Below, piece after piece: positions 9,642 to 18,932 of a stretch of 64,000 bases of DNA. A program made the translations under genes and the position numbers. Source of the stretch: an uncultured Bacteroidales bacterium. GTDB taxonomy: Bacteria; Bacteroidota; Bacteroidia; Bacteroidales; UBA10428. The stretch spans positions 2,184 through 66,183 of the forward strand of contig CAZYDI010000008.1 in assembly GCA_964646255.1 (NCBI GenBank), given 5' to 3'. Numbering within the stretch: position 1 is the stretch's first letter; each line of letters starts with the position of its first letter. The notes under the pieces are model-generated. The model did no database searches, had not been told where the DNA came from, and saw only the letters and a list, made by a program, of their open reading frames with translations.

Positions 9642-10152
9642 GGGCAATACAAGCCTTAGTGAAGAAATCCTTTTTAGGAAATACCTTTCCGAAACCGATG
9701 ATGGTGATCCGGAAATGGCAGCTTTGAAAAGACAATTCAACTTGTATGAAAGCCTAAGGACCATGAAGCCGGATGAGCAACTTCTTAACGACCGCATATT
9801 GGTATCCATAGAAAATTCCGCTTCTGCCACGCCGGTTAAAAAAACCGTCTTCCGGCGCTGGATGGTTGCCGCCTCTTTTTTGCTGCTGATGGGTGCCGGA
9901 ATATTGTACCTGTCCGTTAAAAATAACGATCTTAAGGATACCTATTCCGATCCAAACCTGGCGTATGTTGAAACCCGGAAGGCTCTTTTGCTTGTTTCAG
10001 CTTCAATGAATAAAGGCATCGAACCTTTATCGAATATCAATAAAATTAATTCTTCAACCCAGGAACTGCAAAACATCAATAAACTGGATAAGAGTCTTGA
10101 AATGCTGCAACTGGTGTCATTTATAAACCATTCGTCAAACATGAAAAAATAA
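9607..10152 (+). CDS. Putative anti-sigma factor / membrane protein
   Basis: It overlaps the end of the sigma gene. It has a single TM segment (WMVAASFLLLMGAGILYLSV) after an N-terminal cytoplasmic segment. The start is ambiguous (9592 or 9607). Confidence 0.5.
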   Translation: MQIKHLAERYFEGNTSLSEEILFRKYLSETDDGDPEMAALKRQFNLYESLRTMKPDEQLLNDRILVSIENSASATPVKKTVFRRWMVAASFLLLMGAGILYLSVKNNDLKDTYSDPNLAYVETRKALLLVSASMNKGIEPLSNINKINSSTQELQNINKLDKSLEMLQLVSFINHSSNMKK

Positions 10153-10156
10153 TTAT

Positions 10157-10681
10157 ATGAAAAGATGTGCATTTATTTCCGTTCTTATTCTGTTAGCCTG
10201 TAATACAGGTGCCCAGAGTATAATTGACAAGCTTTTTGATAAATACTCCGGAACTGAAGGTTATACTTCGGTTTATATTTCGAAATACATGTTCGACATG
10301 TTCCGTAGCAATAACACAGCTGAATCGGCCAGCGACGAAAATATGAATGCGGTTATCAGCAAGTTAACCGGGATAAAGATACTTGTTACCGACGATGACC
10401 CTGCTACTCCTGCTCCCGTTAATCTTTACAATGAGATGATGAAGTTATTGCCATCCTCTCCTTACAAGGAAATTATGGTAGTTAAAGAAAAAGACAAAAA
10501 TATTAAGTTTTATGTAAAGGAAAACGGCAACCGGGTTGCTGAGTTGCTCATGGTAATTGGTGGCAGTGATGAAAATGTGCTGATCAGCATCCAGGGGGAT
10601 ATCGATATGAAAAATATTTCAAAGCTTGCCAAAGGAATGAATATAGAGGGTATGGAGAACCTTGAAAAAATGGAGAATTAG
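10157..10681 (+). CDS. DUF4252 domain protein (second copy)
   Basis: FDKYSGTEGYTSVYISKYMFDMF and LLMVIGGSDENVLISIQGDI are paralogous in pattern to 8556-9071. Confidence 0.7.
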   Translation: MKRCAFISVLILLACNTGAQSIIDKLFDKYSGTEGYTSVYISKYMFDMFRSNNTAESASDENMNAVISKLTGIKILVTDDDPATPAPVNLYNEMMKLLPSSPYKEIMVVKEKDKNIKFYVKENGNRVAELLMVIGGSDENVLISIQGDIDMKNISKLAKGMNIEGMENLEKMEN

Positions 10682-11604
10682 ACTTCTTCATCAAATGGAT
10701 CAGACTTACGAAAATCGGGCCGGTAGGTGGCCGCACTTTTGAAGTCCTGTATCCATCCCTTGTAAAACCCCAAATCCTCCATGGCCTTAACCACCATGGA
10801 GTATTCTTTTTCCGCCAGCGTCCGGCTTAACTCAGGATGATGGTTTACTTCACTCGTTGGATAATACTGCGACATTAAGGAAATATGCAAGGAAGTTGAC
10901 AGATATTCAGCTATCCACTCGAGCATTTTTACCGACTCGGCAGCTCTGCCAGGCAATACAAGATGCCTTACAATTAAACCCGTTACTGCATAGTTATTAT
11001 CATTGATAACAAGGGTGCTGCCTTTCTGATGATACATTTCCCTGACGGCAGCGGCAGAAATTTCAGGATAACGGTATGCATCTGACCATTGTAAGGATGT
11101 AATGGCGTTTATGTATTTCAGGTCGGGAAGGTATACATCAATCAATCCTTCTAACGATTTGATAGCGTCGACGTTATCAAAACAGTTTGAATTATATATG
11201 GTAATGGGACTGTAGCCGTCTTTGCGGAGTTGTTGTATAATTTCTTTTACATGAGGTGTAAAATGAGAGGGACTTACAAAGCCCAGCGACTCGATTCCGC
11301 AATCCAGGAAGTGCTTAATCCGTGATACTGCCTCTTCCAATGTAAGGATACTTGAAATGCTGTTTTTTCTGCTTATTTGATGGTTCTGGCAATATAGGCA
11401 CCTGAGGTTGCATCCCGAAAAAAAAACATTACAGATGCCGTATTTACCGCTTATTGCAGGTTCCTCTCCCATATGCCGGCAAATTGAGGCGATTTCGTAT
11501 TTATCGCTTCTTCCGCAATACCCCTTTTGACCGGCATTGCGATTAACACCACACTCGCGCGGGCATATGGTGCAAAATTCCAGCTCCTCAAACCTATTTT
11601 CCAT
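10678..11604 (-). CDS. Radical SAM protein (PflX-like putative activating enzyme)
   Basis: CNLRCLYCQN CxxxCxxC radical SAM cluster motif, plus an N-terminal Cys-rich segment CTICPRECGVNR. Confidence 0.8.
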   Translation of the reverse strand: MENRFEELEFCTICPRECGVNRNAGQKGYCGRSDKYEIASICRHMGEEPAISGKYGICNVFFSGCNLRCLYCQNHQISRKNSISSILTLEEAVSRIKHFLDCGIESLGFVSPSHFTPHVKEIIQQLRKDGYSPITIYNSNCFDNVDAIKSLEGLIDVYLPDLKYINAITSLQWSDAYRYPEISAAAVREMYHQKGSTLVINDNNYAVTGLIVRHLVLPGRAAESVKMLEWIAEYLSTSLHISLMSQYYPTSEVNHHPELSRTLAEKEYSMVVKAMEDLGFYKGWIQDFKSAATYRPDFRKSDPFDEEV

Positions 11605-11677
11605 GCAGGTAAAAATATGGTTTTGGTTTCAATTTTTGTATATCAATAAATTTATCTTGCAGTTTTCGAAATATTGT

Positions 11678-11685
11678 TAAATTTG
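11678..11685 (+). promoter_or_regulatory. -7 promoter box TAAATTTG upstream of tRNA-Lys
   Basis: Matches TAnnTTTG and ends 11 nt before the tRNA 5' end. Confidence 0.4.
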
Positions 11686-11696
11686 CACCCTCTTTA

Positions 11697-11769
11697 CGGT
11701 CCGTAGCTCAGTTGGTAGAGCAATTGACTCTTAATCAATGGGTCCAGGGTTCGAATCCCTGCGGACCGA
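11697..11769 (+). tRNA. tRNA-Lys (anticodon CTT)
   Basis: Hand-folded cloverleaf: acceptor CGGTCCG/CGGACCG, D arm GCTC-AGTTGGTA-GAGC, anticodon arm ATTGA-CTCTTAA-TCAAT, T arm CAGGG-TTCGAAT-CCCTG. Confidence 0.9.
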
Positions 11770-11775
11770 CAAATT

Positions 11776-11802
11776 AAAGCCGCTTCAACAGCGGCTTTTT
11801 TT
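11776..11802 (+). terminator. Rho-independent terminator after tRNA-Lys
   Basis: AAAGCCGCT / AGCGGCTTT stem followed by a T-run. Confidence 0.7.
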
Positions 11803-11883
11803 ATGCCATGATGCTCCTGTGCCTGAAGAACAAAAGGCGAGAAGGGTTGTTATCCATTGGTTGTTTAACCCCCCTGATAAACC

Positions 11884-13776
11884 ATGGAACAACCTGCCCA
11901 AAATTGGTATTTCCCGCCGGAAAACCTGAAGGAAGGCGCAAACGTGCCTGAATACGAACAAACATACTATGATTCAATAAGAAATAAACAGCAGTTCTGG
12001 GCTAAACAGGCTGAACAACTGCATTGGTTTAAAAAATGGGACAAGGTGATTGATGCTTCCAATCCCCCCTTTTATAAATGGTTTGCCGGGGGAAAAACCA
12101 ACATAGTATACAATGCCATCGACCGCCATCAGCAGACAGCCAACAGAAATAAACTGGCCTTCATTTGGGAAGGAGAGCCCGGCGATCTCCGGACCTTCTC
12201 GTATCATGCGCTGAACCGCGAGGTTAGCCAGTTTGCCAACATCCTCAAAAGTATGGGTGTTAAAAAAGGTGATGTGGTAACCGTTTACATGCCCCAGATT
12301 CCCGAACAAATTTTCGCCATGCTGGCGTGTGCCAAAATAGGTGCAGTTCACAGTGTGGTATATGGAGGATTTAGCCATGAAGCACTGGCTGACCGAATTA
12401 ATGATGCAGCCAGCAGGGTTGTTATCACTGCCGATGGAGGCTACCGCAGGGGCAAGATTGTTGAATTAAAAAGCGTGGTGAATAAAGCCATGGAATTGTC
12501 ACCTACCATGGAGATATGCATTACGGTTAAAAGAACAGGGCAGGAGGTTTACATGGAAAATGACCGTGATTACTGGTATCACGATTTGAAAGCTTTGCCC
12601 ATTGCCGGCCATCGATGCGAAACTGAAGTGATGGATTCCGATGATATGCTGTTTTTACTGTATACATCAGGTTCAACCGGCAAACCGAAGGCAATTATGC
12701 ATACCCATGGCGGCTATAGCGTATACACTGCAGCCACGCTGCGTATGGTTTTTGATCTGAAGCCGGAAGACCGGTATTGGTGTGCTGCCGATCCGGGTTG
12801 GATTACCGGCCACAGCTACATAGTATATGGACCATTGATCAACGGTGCTACAATTATGCTTTATGAAGGCGCACCCAATCATCCTTACCCCGACAGGTGG
12901 TGGAAAATCATAGAAAAATATGGCATTAACATTTTATATACATCACCTACGGCCATCAGGGGACTTATGCGCTTTGGTGATTCATGGCCCCGTCGGAACG
13001 ACCTTAGTTCGCTACGCATACTGGGTTCGGTAGGAGAGCCCATAAACCCGGAGGCCTGGAAATGGTATTACAAGCATGTAGGACAAGAACGATGTCCGAT
13101 TATGGATACATGGTGGCAAACAGAAACCGGGGGATTCATGATATGTCCCTTGCCTGTTACACCCCTTCGCCCGGGCTCAGCAACACGTCCATTTTTTGGT
13201 ATTGAGGCAGGAATTGTAAACGACAATGGAGATGAAGTTAAACCAGGTGAGGAGGGCAACCTGGTTATAAAGAATCCCTGGCCTGGCCTGGCAGCAGGCG
13301 TTTACAAGGATCCTGCGCGCTTTGTTGAAACATACTGGGAGAAATACAAAAGTAAGGGTTGGTATTTTACAGGAGATTCGGCTAAAAAAGATGAAGAAGG
13401 TTATTTCTGGATCATCGGCAGGGTGGATGATGTTATTAAGGTGAGCGGATACAGGCTGGGAACTGCCGAAATAGAAAGTATCATGGCAGGGCATCCGGCT
13501 GTGGCTGAAGCTGCTGCAGTTGCCATTCCGCACGACTTAAAAGGGAGTGCCATTCACATATTTGTGCTGTTGCGTAAGGGATATGAAGGGTCAAAAGAAC
13601 TGGAAACCGAACTCATTAAACACATCGTTGACCATCTTGGCCCGATTGCCCGGCCTGAAGCTGTAATGATCGCGGATACACTGCCCAAAACCCGCAGTGG
13701 AAAAATTATGAGAAGAATACTAAAGGCACGTTTACTTGGCCTTCCGGTAGGTGATATGAGTACCCTTGAAGAATAA
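11884..13776 (+). CDS. acs: Acetyl-CoA synthetase (AMP-forming acetate-CoA ligase)
   Basis: Full-length Acs pattern: FYKWFAGGKTN, YTSGSTGKPKA, WWQTETGG, YFTGDSAKKDEEGYFWIIGRVDDVIKVSGYRLGTAEIES, PKTRSGKIMRR. Confidence 0.9.
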   Translation: MEQPAQNWYFPPENLKEGANVPEYEQTYYDSIRNKQQFWAKQAEQLHWFKKWDKVIDASNPPFYKWFAGGKTNIVYNAIDRHQQTANRNKLAFIWEGEPGDLRTFSYHALNREVSQFANILKSMGVKKGDVVTVYMPQIPEQIFAMLACAKIGAVHSVVYGGFSHEALADRINDAASRVVITADGGYRRGKIVELKSVVNKAMELSPTMEICITVKRTGQEVYMENDRDYWYHDLKALPIAGHRCETEVMDSDDMLFLLYTSGSTGKPKAIMHTHGGYSVYTAATLRMVFDLKPEDRYWCAADPGWITGHSYIVYGPLINGATIMLYEGAPNHPYPDRWWKIIEKYGINILYTSPTAIRGLMRFGDSWPRRNDLSSLRILGSVGEPINPEAWKWYYKHVGQERCPIMDTWWQTETGGFMICPLPVTPLRPGSATRPFFGIEAGIVNDNGDEVKPGEEGNLVIKNPWPGLAAGVYKDPARFVETYWEKYKSKGWYFTGDSAKKDEEGYFWIIGRVDDVIKVSGYRLGTAEIESIMAGHPAVAEAAAVAIPHDLKGSAIHIFVLLRKGYEGSKELETELIKHIVDHLGPIARPEAVMIADTLPKTRSGKIMRRILKARLLGLPVGDMSTLEE

Positions 13777-13787
13777 GGGTTTAACGC

Positions 13788-14963
13788 TTATGATTTTACC
13801 AGGGCTTGTTCAATATCGGATATAAGGTCATCCACATTTTCGAGTCCAACCGATAACCTGAGCATTCCATCCGTAATGCCCGACAGTTTCCTTTCCTCGG
13901 GAGATAGTTTGGAATGCGTTGTGGTTGCCGGATGGGTTATAATAGTGCGGGTATCCCCCAAATTCGACGAAATAGACACCAACCTGAGTGCATTGATAAA
14001 GCGGTGAGCCCTTTTTGTTCCACCTTTCAGCTCAAATGAAATCATGTTACCACCCAAACGCATTTGTTTTCTGGCTATCTTGTACTGCGGATGTGAAGGC
14101 AATAGCGGATACTTTACCCAGTTCACCTGAGACTTGCTTTCAAGCATTTTTGCAACCTTAACTGCATTACTGCAGTGCCTGTCTAATCGCGCCGACAAAG
14201 TTTCGAGGCTCTTGGACAACAACCAGGCCGTATGGGGTGACATCACCGGACCGGTTATTTTTGTAAACATCCTTACCTCCTGCATGATTTCTTTGTTTCC
14301 AAGGATAGCGCCCCCAATGGTTCGGCCCTGGCCATCAATGAGCTTGGTTGTGGAATGTATAACCAGGTCGGCGCCAAAATCTATAGGATTTTGAATAAGT
14401 GGTGTGGCAAAACAATTATCAATTATCAGGTAAAGATCGTGCTTTTGTGCAAGTTTGGCCAGCCAGGTAAGATCAACAATGTCCATACCCGGATTGGTTG
14501 GGGTTTCAGCATATATTAACCGTGTGTTTGGCATAACACCGTTTTCCCACTCTTTCTTATTGTTAACATCGGCATAGGTATGGGAAATTCCCCATTTAGG
14601 TAATACCTGGGTAAGTAAAACATGGGTTGCCCCGAAAATTTGTCTCGCAGCAAGTATATGGTCACCCGGGCGTAACAGGGAAGCCAAACTTACAAAAACT
14701 GCTGCCATCCCTGAAGATGTAACAACTCCGTCTTCAGCATTTTCAAGTGCACATAGCTTTTCAACGAGTTCATCGGTATTAGGGTTGGCGAACCTTGTAT
14801 AGCTGTATCCTTTGCTCTCGTCCTTAAAAATCTCTTCAGCCTCCTCGGCGCTTGAAAAAACAAAACTTGATGTTTCATAAATGGATACGCTGTGCTCGCT
14901 GTGCGCAGATCTTTTAGCCTGAGTTCTGACTGCAGCAGTTTCTTTGTGGTTTTTGGAAGGCAT
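13788..14963 (-). CDS. Cys/Met-metabolism PLP-dependent enzyme (O-succinyl/O-acetylhomoserine sulfhydrylase-like)
   Basis: YTRFANPNT, SGMAA, and the PLP-lysine motif HSTTKLIDGQGR. The C-terminal LRLSVGLE is typical of the trans-sulfuration family. Confidence 0.8.
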   Translation of the reverse strand: MPSKNHKETAAVRTQAKRSAHSEHSVSIYETSSFVFSSAEEAEEIFKDESKGYSYTRFANPNTDELVEKLCALENAEDGVVTSSGMAAVFVSLASLLRPGDHILAARQIFGATHVLLTQVLPKWGISHTYADVNNKKEWENGVMPNTRLIYAETPTNPGMDIVDLTWLAKLAQKHDLYLIIDNCFATPLIQNPIDFGADLVIHSTTKLIDGQGRTIGGAILGNKEIMQEVRMFTKITGPVMSPHTAWLLSKSLETLSARLDRHCSNAVKVAKMLESKSQVNWVKYPLLPSHPQYKIARKQMRLGGNMISFELKGGTKRAHRFINALRLVSISSNLGDTRTIITHPATTTHSKLSPEERKLSGITDGMLRLSVGLENVDDLISDIEQALVKS

Positions 14964-15295
14964 TAAGCAGATTCTGATTTTTTAGGTTTCGATTCTTTTT
15001 TTGTTGCTGCAGCTTTGGGAGCTTTTGTGTTGCTTTTGGCTTCTTTCAAAGGCTTTGCTTGTTTGGGTTCTTTAATCTCCTTCACTTCTTTTATTTCTTT
15101 GGGCTCTTTTATTTCTTTAACGGGCTTGGCTTCCTTCACCGGTTTGGGTTGCTTAACTTCCTTTAGGGTATCTGCAGATTCCCTGGGTTTTATTGCTGAA
15201 AGACCTTTTTTGCTATTGGATTTTCTGCGTCTTCTAATACCATATGAACCCTGGAAGAGCTTTCCTCTTTTTGATTTTTTATCACCTTTTCCCAT
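14963..15295 (-). CDS. 30S ribosomal protein THX-like N-terminus with a long K/E/P-rich C-terminal extension
   Basis: MGKGDKKSKRGKLFQGSYGIRRRRK closely resembles bTHX (GKGD..T.RGK...G.YG..RPRK). The remaining ~80 aa are low-complexity KE(I/V)KEPK-type repeats. Confidence 0.6.
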   Translation of the reverse strand: MGKGDKKSKRGKLFQGSYGIRRRRKSNSKKGLSAIKPRESADTLKEVKQPKPVKEAKPVKEIKEPKEIKEVKEIKEPKQAKPLKEAKSNTKAPKAAATKKESKPKKSESA

Positions 15296-15421
15296 GTTAA
15301 AAAATTATTAGTGGTTGAAATTTGGTTGCAGATTCAGATGAACATTTATCTTTGCCCGCTGAATTGAAACCGGTAAATTATTCATAATTGATAAAAATAG
15401 CAAATTTGCGACAATTCACAA

Positions 15422-16075
15422 ATGAAAACAACTTATCAGCATATCATTTTCGATCTTGATGGGACACTATCTGATTCACGCGAAGGCATATTCAATGCCT
15501 ATGAGCATACCATTAAAACGCTTGGATTAATTGATCCCGGAAAAGAAAAGCTCAAATCGCTCATCGGTCCTCCTCTTCAGAAAGGGTTTACTGAGGTGTT
15601 CAACCTGAGGGATGAGCAACTCAGCGAAGCAGTGAAAGTTTTCAGGGAATATTATGCTACTAAAGGGTTGTTTGAGAATGAATTATATAATGATATAAAA
15701 ACGCTGCTGGAAAATTTATTCCTTTCCGGCGCTTCTTTGTATGTTGCGACATCAAAATACAACCTCTATGCCAATCAGGTTCTTGATTACTTTGGCATCA
15801 GAAAGTACTTCAAGGAGATAGCCGGTACTGATTACAAAGGAAGCGTTTCGAAGGTTGACCTCATAACCGGCATTTTAATGCGCAATGCAATTGCCGATCC
15901 AATGGATGTAGTTGTTATTGGTGATACAAAATATGATATCGATGCTGCTACAGAACTCGATATCGACTCAATTGGTGTAGCCTATGGCTTTAGCAACGAG
16001 GAAGAAATCTACGCTTGTAATCCCGATTATGTGGCAAAAAAGGTGAGTGACCTTCACCGGTTCCTTTTATTCTGA
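15422..16075 (+). CDS. HAD family hydrolase (phosphoglycolate phosphatase-like)
   Basis: The DxD motif IIFDLDGTL, the ATSK motif and the GDTKYD motif. Confidence 0.8.
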   Translation: MKTTYQHIIFDLDGTLSDSREGIFNAYEHTIKTLGLIDPGKEKLKSLIGPPLQKGFTEVFNLRDEQLSEAVKVFREYYATKGLFENELYNDIKTLLENLFLSGASLYVATSKYNLYANQVLDYFGIRKYFKEIAGTDYKGSVSKVDLITGILMRNAIADPMDVVVIGDTKYDIDAATELDIDSIGVAYGFSNEEEIYACNPDYVAKKVSDLHRFLLF

Positions 16076-16609
16076 TGATAACCGCAAATGATTCCTGATC
16101 TGAACCATTATTTTTAGCCCTCTCGACCGGAAACCTGCCGAGGCCCCGGGAAGCTGACTTTCCACCGTCTCATACAATTCTTTAAGCAGTTCAGGTATAT
16201 CAATACAATACGTGTAAAGAACGACCATGCTGTACATTTTGGTTCCAACCGTATTGTTTCCGTTTAACAAGTCGAAACAGTGATTGATCAGTTTCGCTTT
16301 AGCGTTTTGCCTGAGTATGAATTCATTGTCAACAAATATTTTGAGAAAATTGCGCTTTACCGATTCTGAACGGGTATTGATGATTTGGTTAATTAGCGTG
16401 TCAAGAAAGGGTTTTATCCTGCCGGGTTGCTCGCATCCATAAAGTGATACGATTCGTGCTGCACGCATATTCCATGGATATTCCCCGGATGCTGATAAAT
16501 CTAATAAATCATTGATCAATAGTGGTTTATCGTGTATCATTTTGACTGTCAGATCAGCCAGGGCTCTGCTGGAATCGGCCAGTTGTTGTTTCAGCAAAGG
16601 ATGCTTCAT
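16067..16609 (-). CDS. Hypothetical protein (helical)
   Basis: Clean 180-aa ORF with no motif I recognise. Confidence 0.45.
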   Translation of the reverse strand: MKHPLLKQQLADSSRALADLTVKMIHDKPLLINDLLDLSASGEYPWNMRAARIVSLYGCEQPGRIKPFLDTLINQIINTRSESVKRNFLKIFVDNEFILRQNAKAKLINHCFDLLNGNNTVGTKMYSMVVLYTYCIDIPELLKELYETVESQLPGASAGFRSRGLKIMVQIRNHLRLSSE

Positions 16610-16640
16610 TTTTGCATATTAAGTGAACGTCTAAAATAAC

Positions 16641-16648
16641 TATTTTTG
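16641..16648 (+). promoter_or_regulatory. -7 promoter box TATTTTTG upstream of the RelA/SpoT gene
   Basis: It ends 28 nt before the ATG at 16677 and lies inside the 17-mer AAAATAACTATTTTTGC, identical to 245-261. Confidence 0.45.
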
Positions 16649-16676
16649 CAAGATCAATTTATCTTCCCAAATCAAA

Positions 16677-18875
16677 ATGCGATCAATATACCCGGCTTAC
16701 ATACAGAAAATCAGAAACAGGTTTGATGTTCTTATCAGGCTTATCCGTAAAAGCAAGGAAGCGTTGGATTACTCAAAAATAAGAACAGCCTTTGACCTTA
16801 TGTTGGGAACCATAACCGGGGCCGATGACCAGGAAACACAACAGCAGGTAATTGCCGCCATTGACATTGCCAGGATCTCGGTGGAAGAAATCGGTTTGGG
16901 CAGAACTTCGGTGCTGAGCATATTTCTTCTTCATGTTGTTAAGAAAACAAGGATTGACCTGACTACCATTGAAGCAAAGTTTGGTAAGCCGGTGGCCATG
17001 ATAACTTCAGGTCTTAATTCCATACATGCCCTTGACAATGCACCCCTTGCCCCGCAGGCTGAGAACCTGCGCAACTTTCTGCTTAACCTGGCAGGTGATG
17101 TAAGGGTAATCCTGATAAAAATTGCCGAACAGTTATATAAAATGCGTTCGATGAAAGGATTGCCCCAGGAGGAGAAAATTCGGGTTTCCTCTGAAGCTTC
17201 GTATTTATATGCTCCTTTGGCACACAGGCTTGGATTTTATATAATAAAATCGGAGATGGAAGATCTTTCCTTAAAATTTTGCGACCGGAAAACCTACGAT
17301 TCGATAGCACGGAAGCTGGCGCAGAAAATGAAAGACCGGAAACAGTTCATCGAAGATTTTATCCGACCGGTTGATGATGCTTTGAAAAAGCTGGGTTTTG
17401 CCTTCGAAATAAAAGGAAGGCCCAAGTCGATTCATTCCATTTGGAATAAGATGGTCAACAAGGGTGTGGCGTTTGAAGACATCTACGACCTTTTTGCCAT
17501 CCGCATTATTCTCGACAGCGAACTGAAAAATGAAAAGGCCGATTGCTGGCAGGTATATAGTACGGTAACCGATATATACCAACCCAATCCCTTGAGGTTG
17601 CGCGACTGGATCTCAGTGCCAAAAACAAACGGATATGAATCTCTTCATACTACCGTTGTTGGACCGGAAGGCCGTTGGGTTGAAGTGCAAATCCGAAGCC
17701 GGCGCATGAATGAGATAGCAGAGAAGGGATTTGCTGCACATTGGAAATACAAAGGTCTCGAATCGGAACAAGGGCTTGAAGAGTGGCTTAAACATATCCG
17801 TGAGGTACTGGAAACGCCGGAGCCCGATGCCCGTGAGTTTTTAGATGATTTTAAACTGAGTTTATACTCAAAGGAAATATTTGTTTTTACCCCCAAGGGT
17901 GACCTTAAAAAATTTCCTTACGGGGCAACGGTGCTGGATTTTGCCTATGATATACACTCCGAAGTAGGGTCTATGTGTACAGGAGCTAAGGTAAACTCAC
18001 GGTTGGTTCCTATAAGGCATGTGATGCAAAACGGAGACAGGGTAGAGGTACTGACTTCAAAAAACCAGAGTCCGAAACTCGATTGGCTGAATTTTGTAGT
18101 TACCTCAAAAGCAAAAACCAAGATCAGGTTTAAGTTGAATGAGGAGCGTGTAAAAAGAGCTGAACAAGGAAAAGAATTGCTGTTAAGGCGATTGAAAAAC
18201 TGGAAAATTACATTCTCTGATGAAAACATTCGCAAACTGCTAAAGTTTTACAAGCTTAAAACCGCACAGGATTTATATTACCAGATTGCAGCTGAAGAGA
18301 TCGACCTTGCACAGATCAAGGTATTGTTGCAGGAACAGCCTGCTGCAATAGCCGAAAAGACAGTTCAGGATACTGAATTGGTAAGCTCACCGGCTGAACA
18401 TGGCATAAGGAAAGAAGATTACCTGATCATTGATGATAAGATTGCCAATGTGGATTTTAAACTGGCCAAGTGCTGCAATCCCATTTATGGTGATAGTGTT
18501 TTCGGCTTTGTTACAGTAGGCGAAGGAATAAAGATACACCGTATCAATTGCCCGAATGCTGCCCAGATGATCTCAAAATACGGTTATCGAATTGTAAAAG
18601 CACGCTGGAGTCCAGGAGGTAAGGAGCCTTTATTTACAGTAGAAATTAATCTCAGTGGAGCAAATGATCCCAATATTTTAGAGCATATTTCGTCGGTTAT
18701 TTCAAAAGACCTTAAGGTGTCATTGCGTACTATTAACATAGACACCGATGGAGGCATGTTTAAAGGAAGGATGAGGGTTACCGTTAAGGATACAGCCCAT
18801 CTGGATTCACTCATCGCAAGGTTATCGGCAATAAAAGGGGTATACCAGGTAAACCGGGTGGAAAAAACTTTTTAG
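16677..18875 (+). CDS. RelA/SpoT-homolog (p)ppGpp synthetase with TGS and ACT domains; the hydrolase HD motif appears degenerate
   Basis: Synthetase motifs RPKSIHSIWNKM, YDLFAIRIIL and GYESLHTTVVGPEGRWVEVQIRSRRMNEIAEKGFAAHWKYK. TGS region FVFTPKGDLKKFPYGATVLDFAY. The expected LLHDvvEDT reads LLHVVKKT. Confidence 0.9.
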   Translation: MRSIYPAYIQKIRNRFDVLIRLIRKSKEALDYSKIRTAFDLMLGTITGADDQETQQQVIAAIDIARISVEEIGLGRTSVLSIFLLHVVKKTRIDLTTIEAKFGKPVAMITSGLNSIHALDNAPLAPQAENLRNFLLNLAGDVRVILIKIAEQLYKMRSMKGLPQEEKIRVSSEASYLYAPLAHRLGFYIIKSEMEDLSLKFCDRKTYDSIARKLAQKMKDRKQFIEDFIRPVDDALKKLGFAFEIKGRPKSIHSIWNKMVNKGVAFEDIYDLFAIRIILDSELKNEKADCWQVYSTVTDIYQPNPLRLRDWISVPKTNGYESLHTTVVGPEGRWVEVQIRSRRMNEIAEKGFAAHWKYKGLESEQGLEEWLKHIREVLETPEPDAREFLDDFKLSLYSKEIFVFTPKGDLKKFPYGATVLDFAYDIHSEVGSMCTGAKVNSRLVPIRHVMQNGDRVEVLTSKNQSPKLDWLNFVVTSKAKTKIRFKLNEERVKRAEQGKELLLRRLKNWKITFSDENIRKLLKFYKLKTAQDLYYQIAAEEIDLAQIKVLLQEQPAAIAEKTVQDTELVSSPAEHGIRKEDYLIIDDKIANVDFKLAKCCNPIYGDSVFGFVTVGEGIKIHRINCPNAAQMISKYGYRIVKARWSPGGKEPLFTVEINLSGANDPNILEHISSVISKDLKVSLRTINIDTDGGMFKGRMRVTVKDTAHLDSLIARLSAIKGVYQVNRVEKTF

Positions 18876-18894
18876 TGACATTGTGAAAAATCTA

Positions 18895-18902
18895 TACATT
18901 TG
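18895..18902 (+). promoter_or_regulatory. -7 promoter box TACATTTG upstream of fabG
   Basis: Matches TAnnTTTG, 30 nt before the ATG at 18933. Confidence 0.4.
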
Positions 18903-18932
18903 TTCTCAATAAAAATTCTTAAAAATAAAAAC

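Noticed and set aside
11738-11929. 63-aa plus-strand ORF
   Set aside because: It starts inside tRNA-Lys, runs through its terminator hairpin and overlaps the acs start. It is not plausible as a gene.
15040-15180. Short tandem DNA repeats that might look like a satellite or mini-array
   Set aside because: They are in frame within the THX-like ORF and encode the KE(I/V)KEPK low-complexity tail. They have no spacer/repeat architecture.
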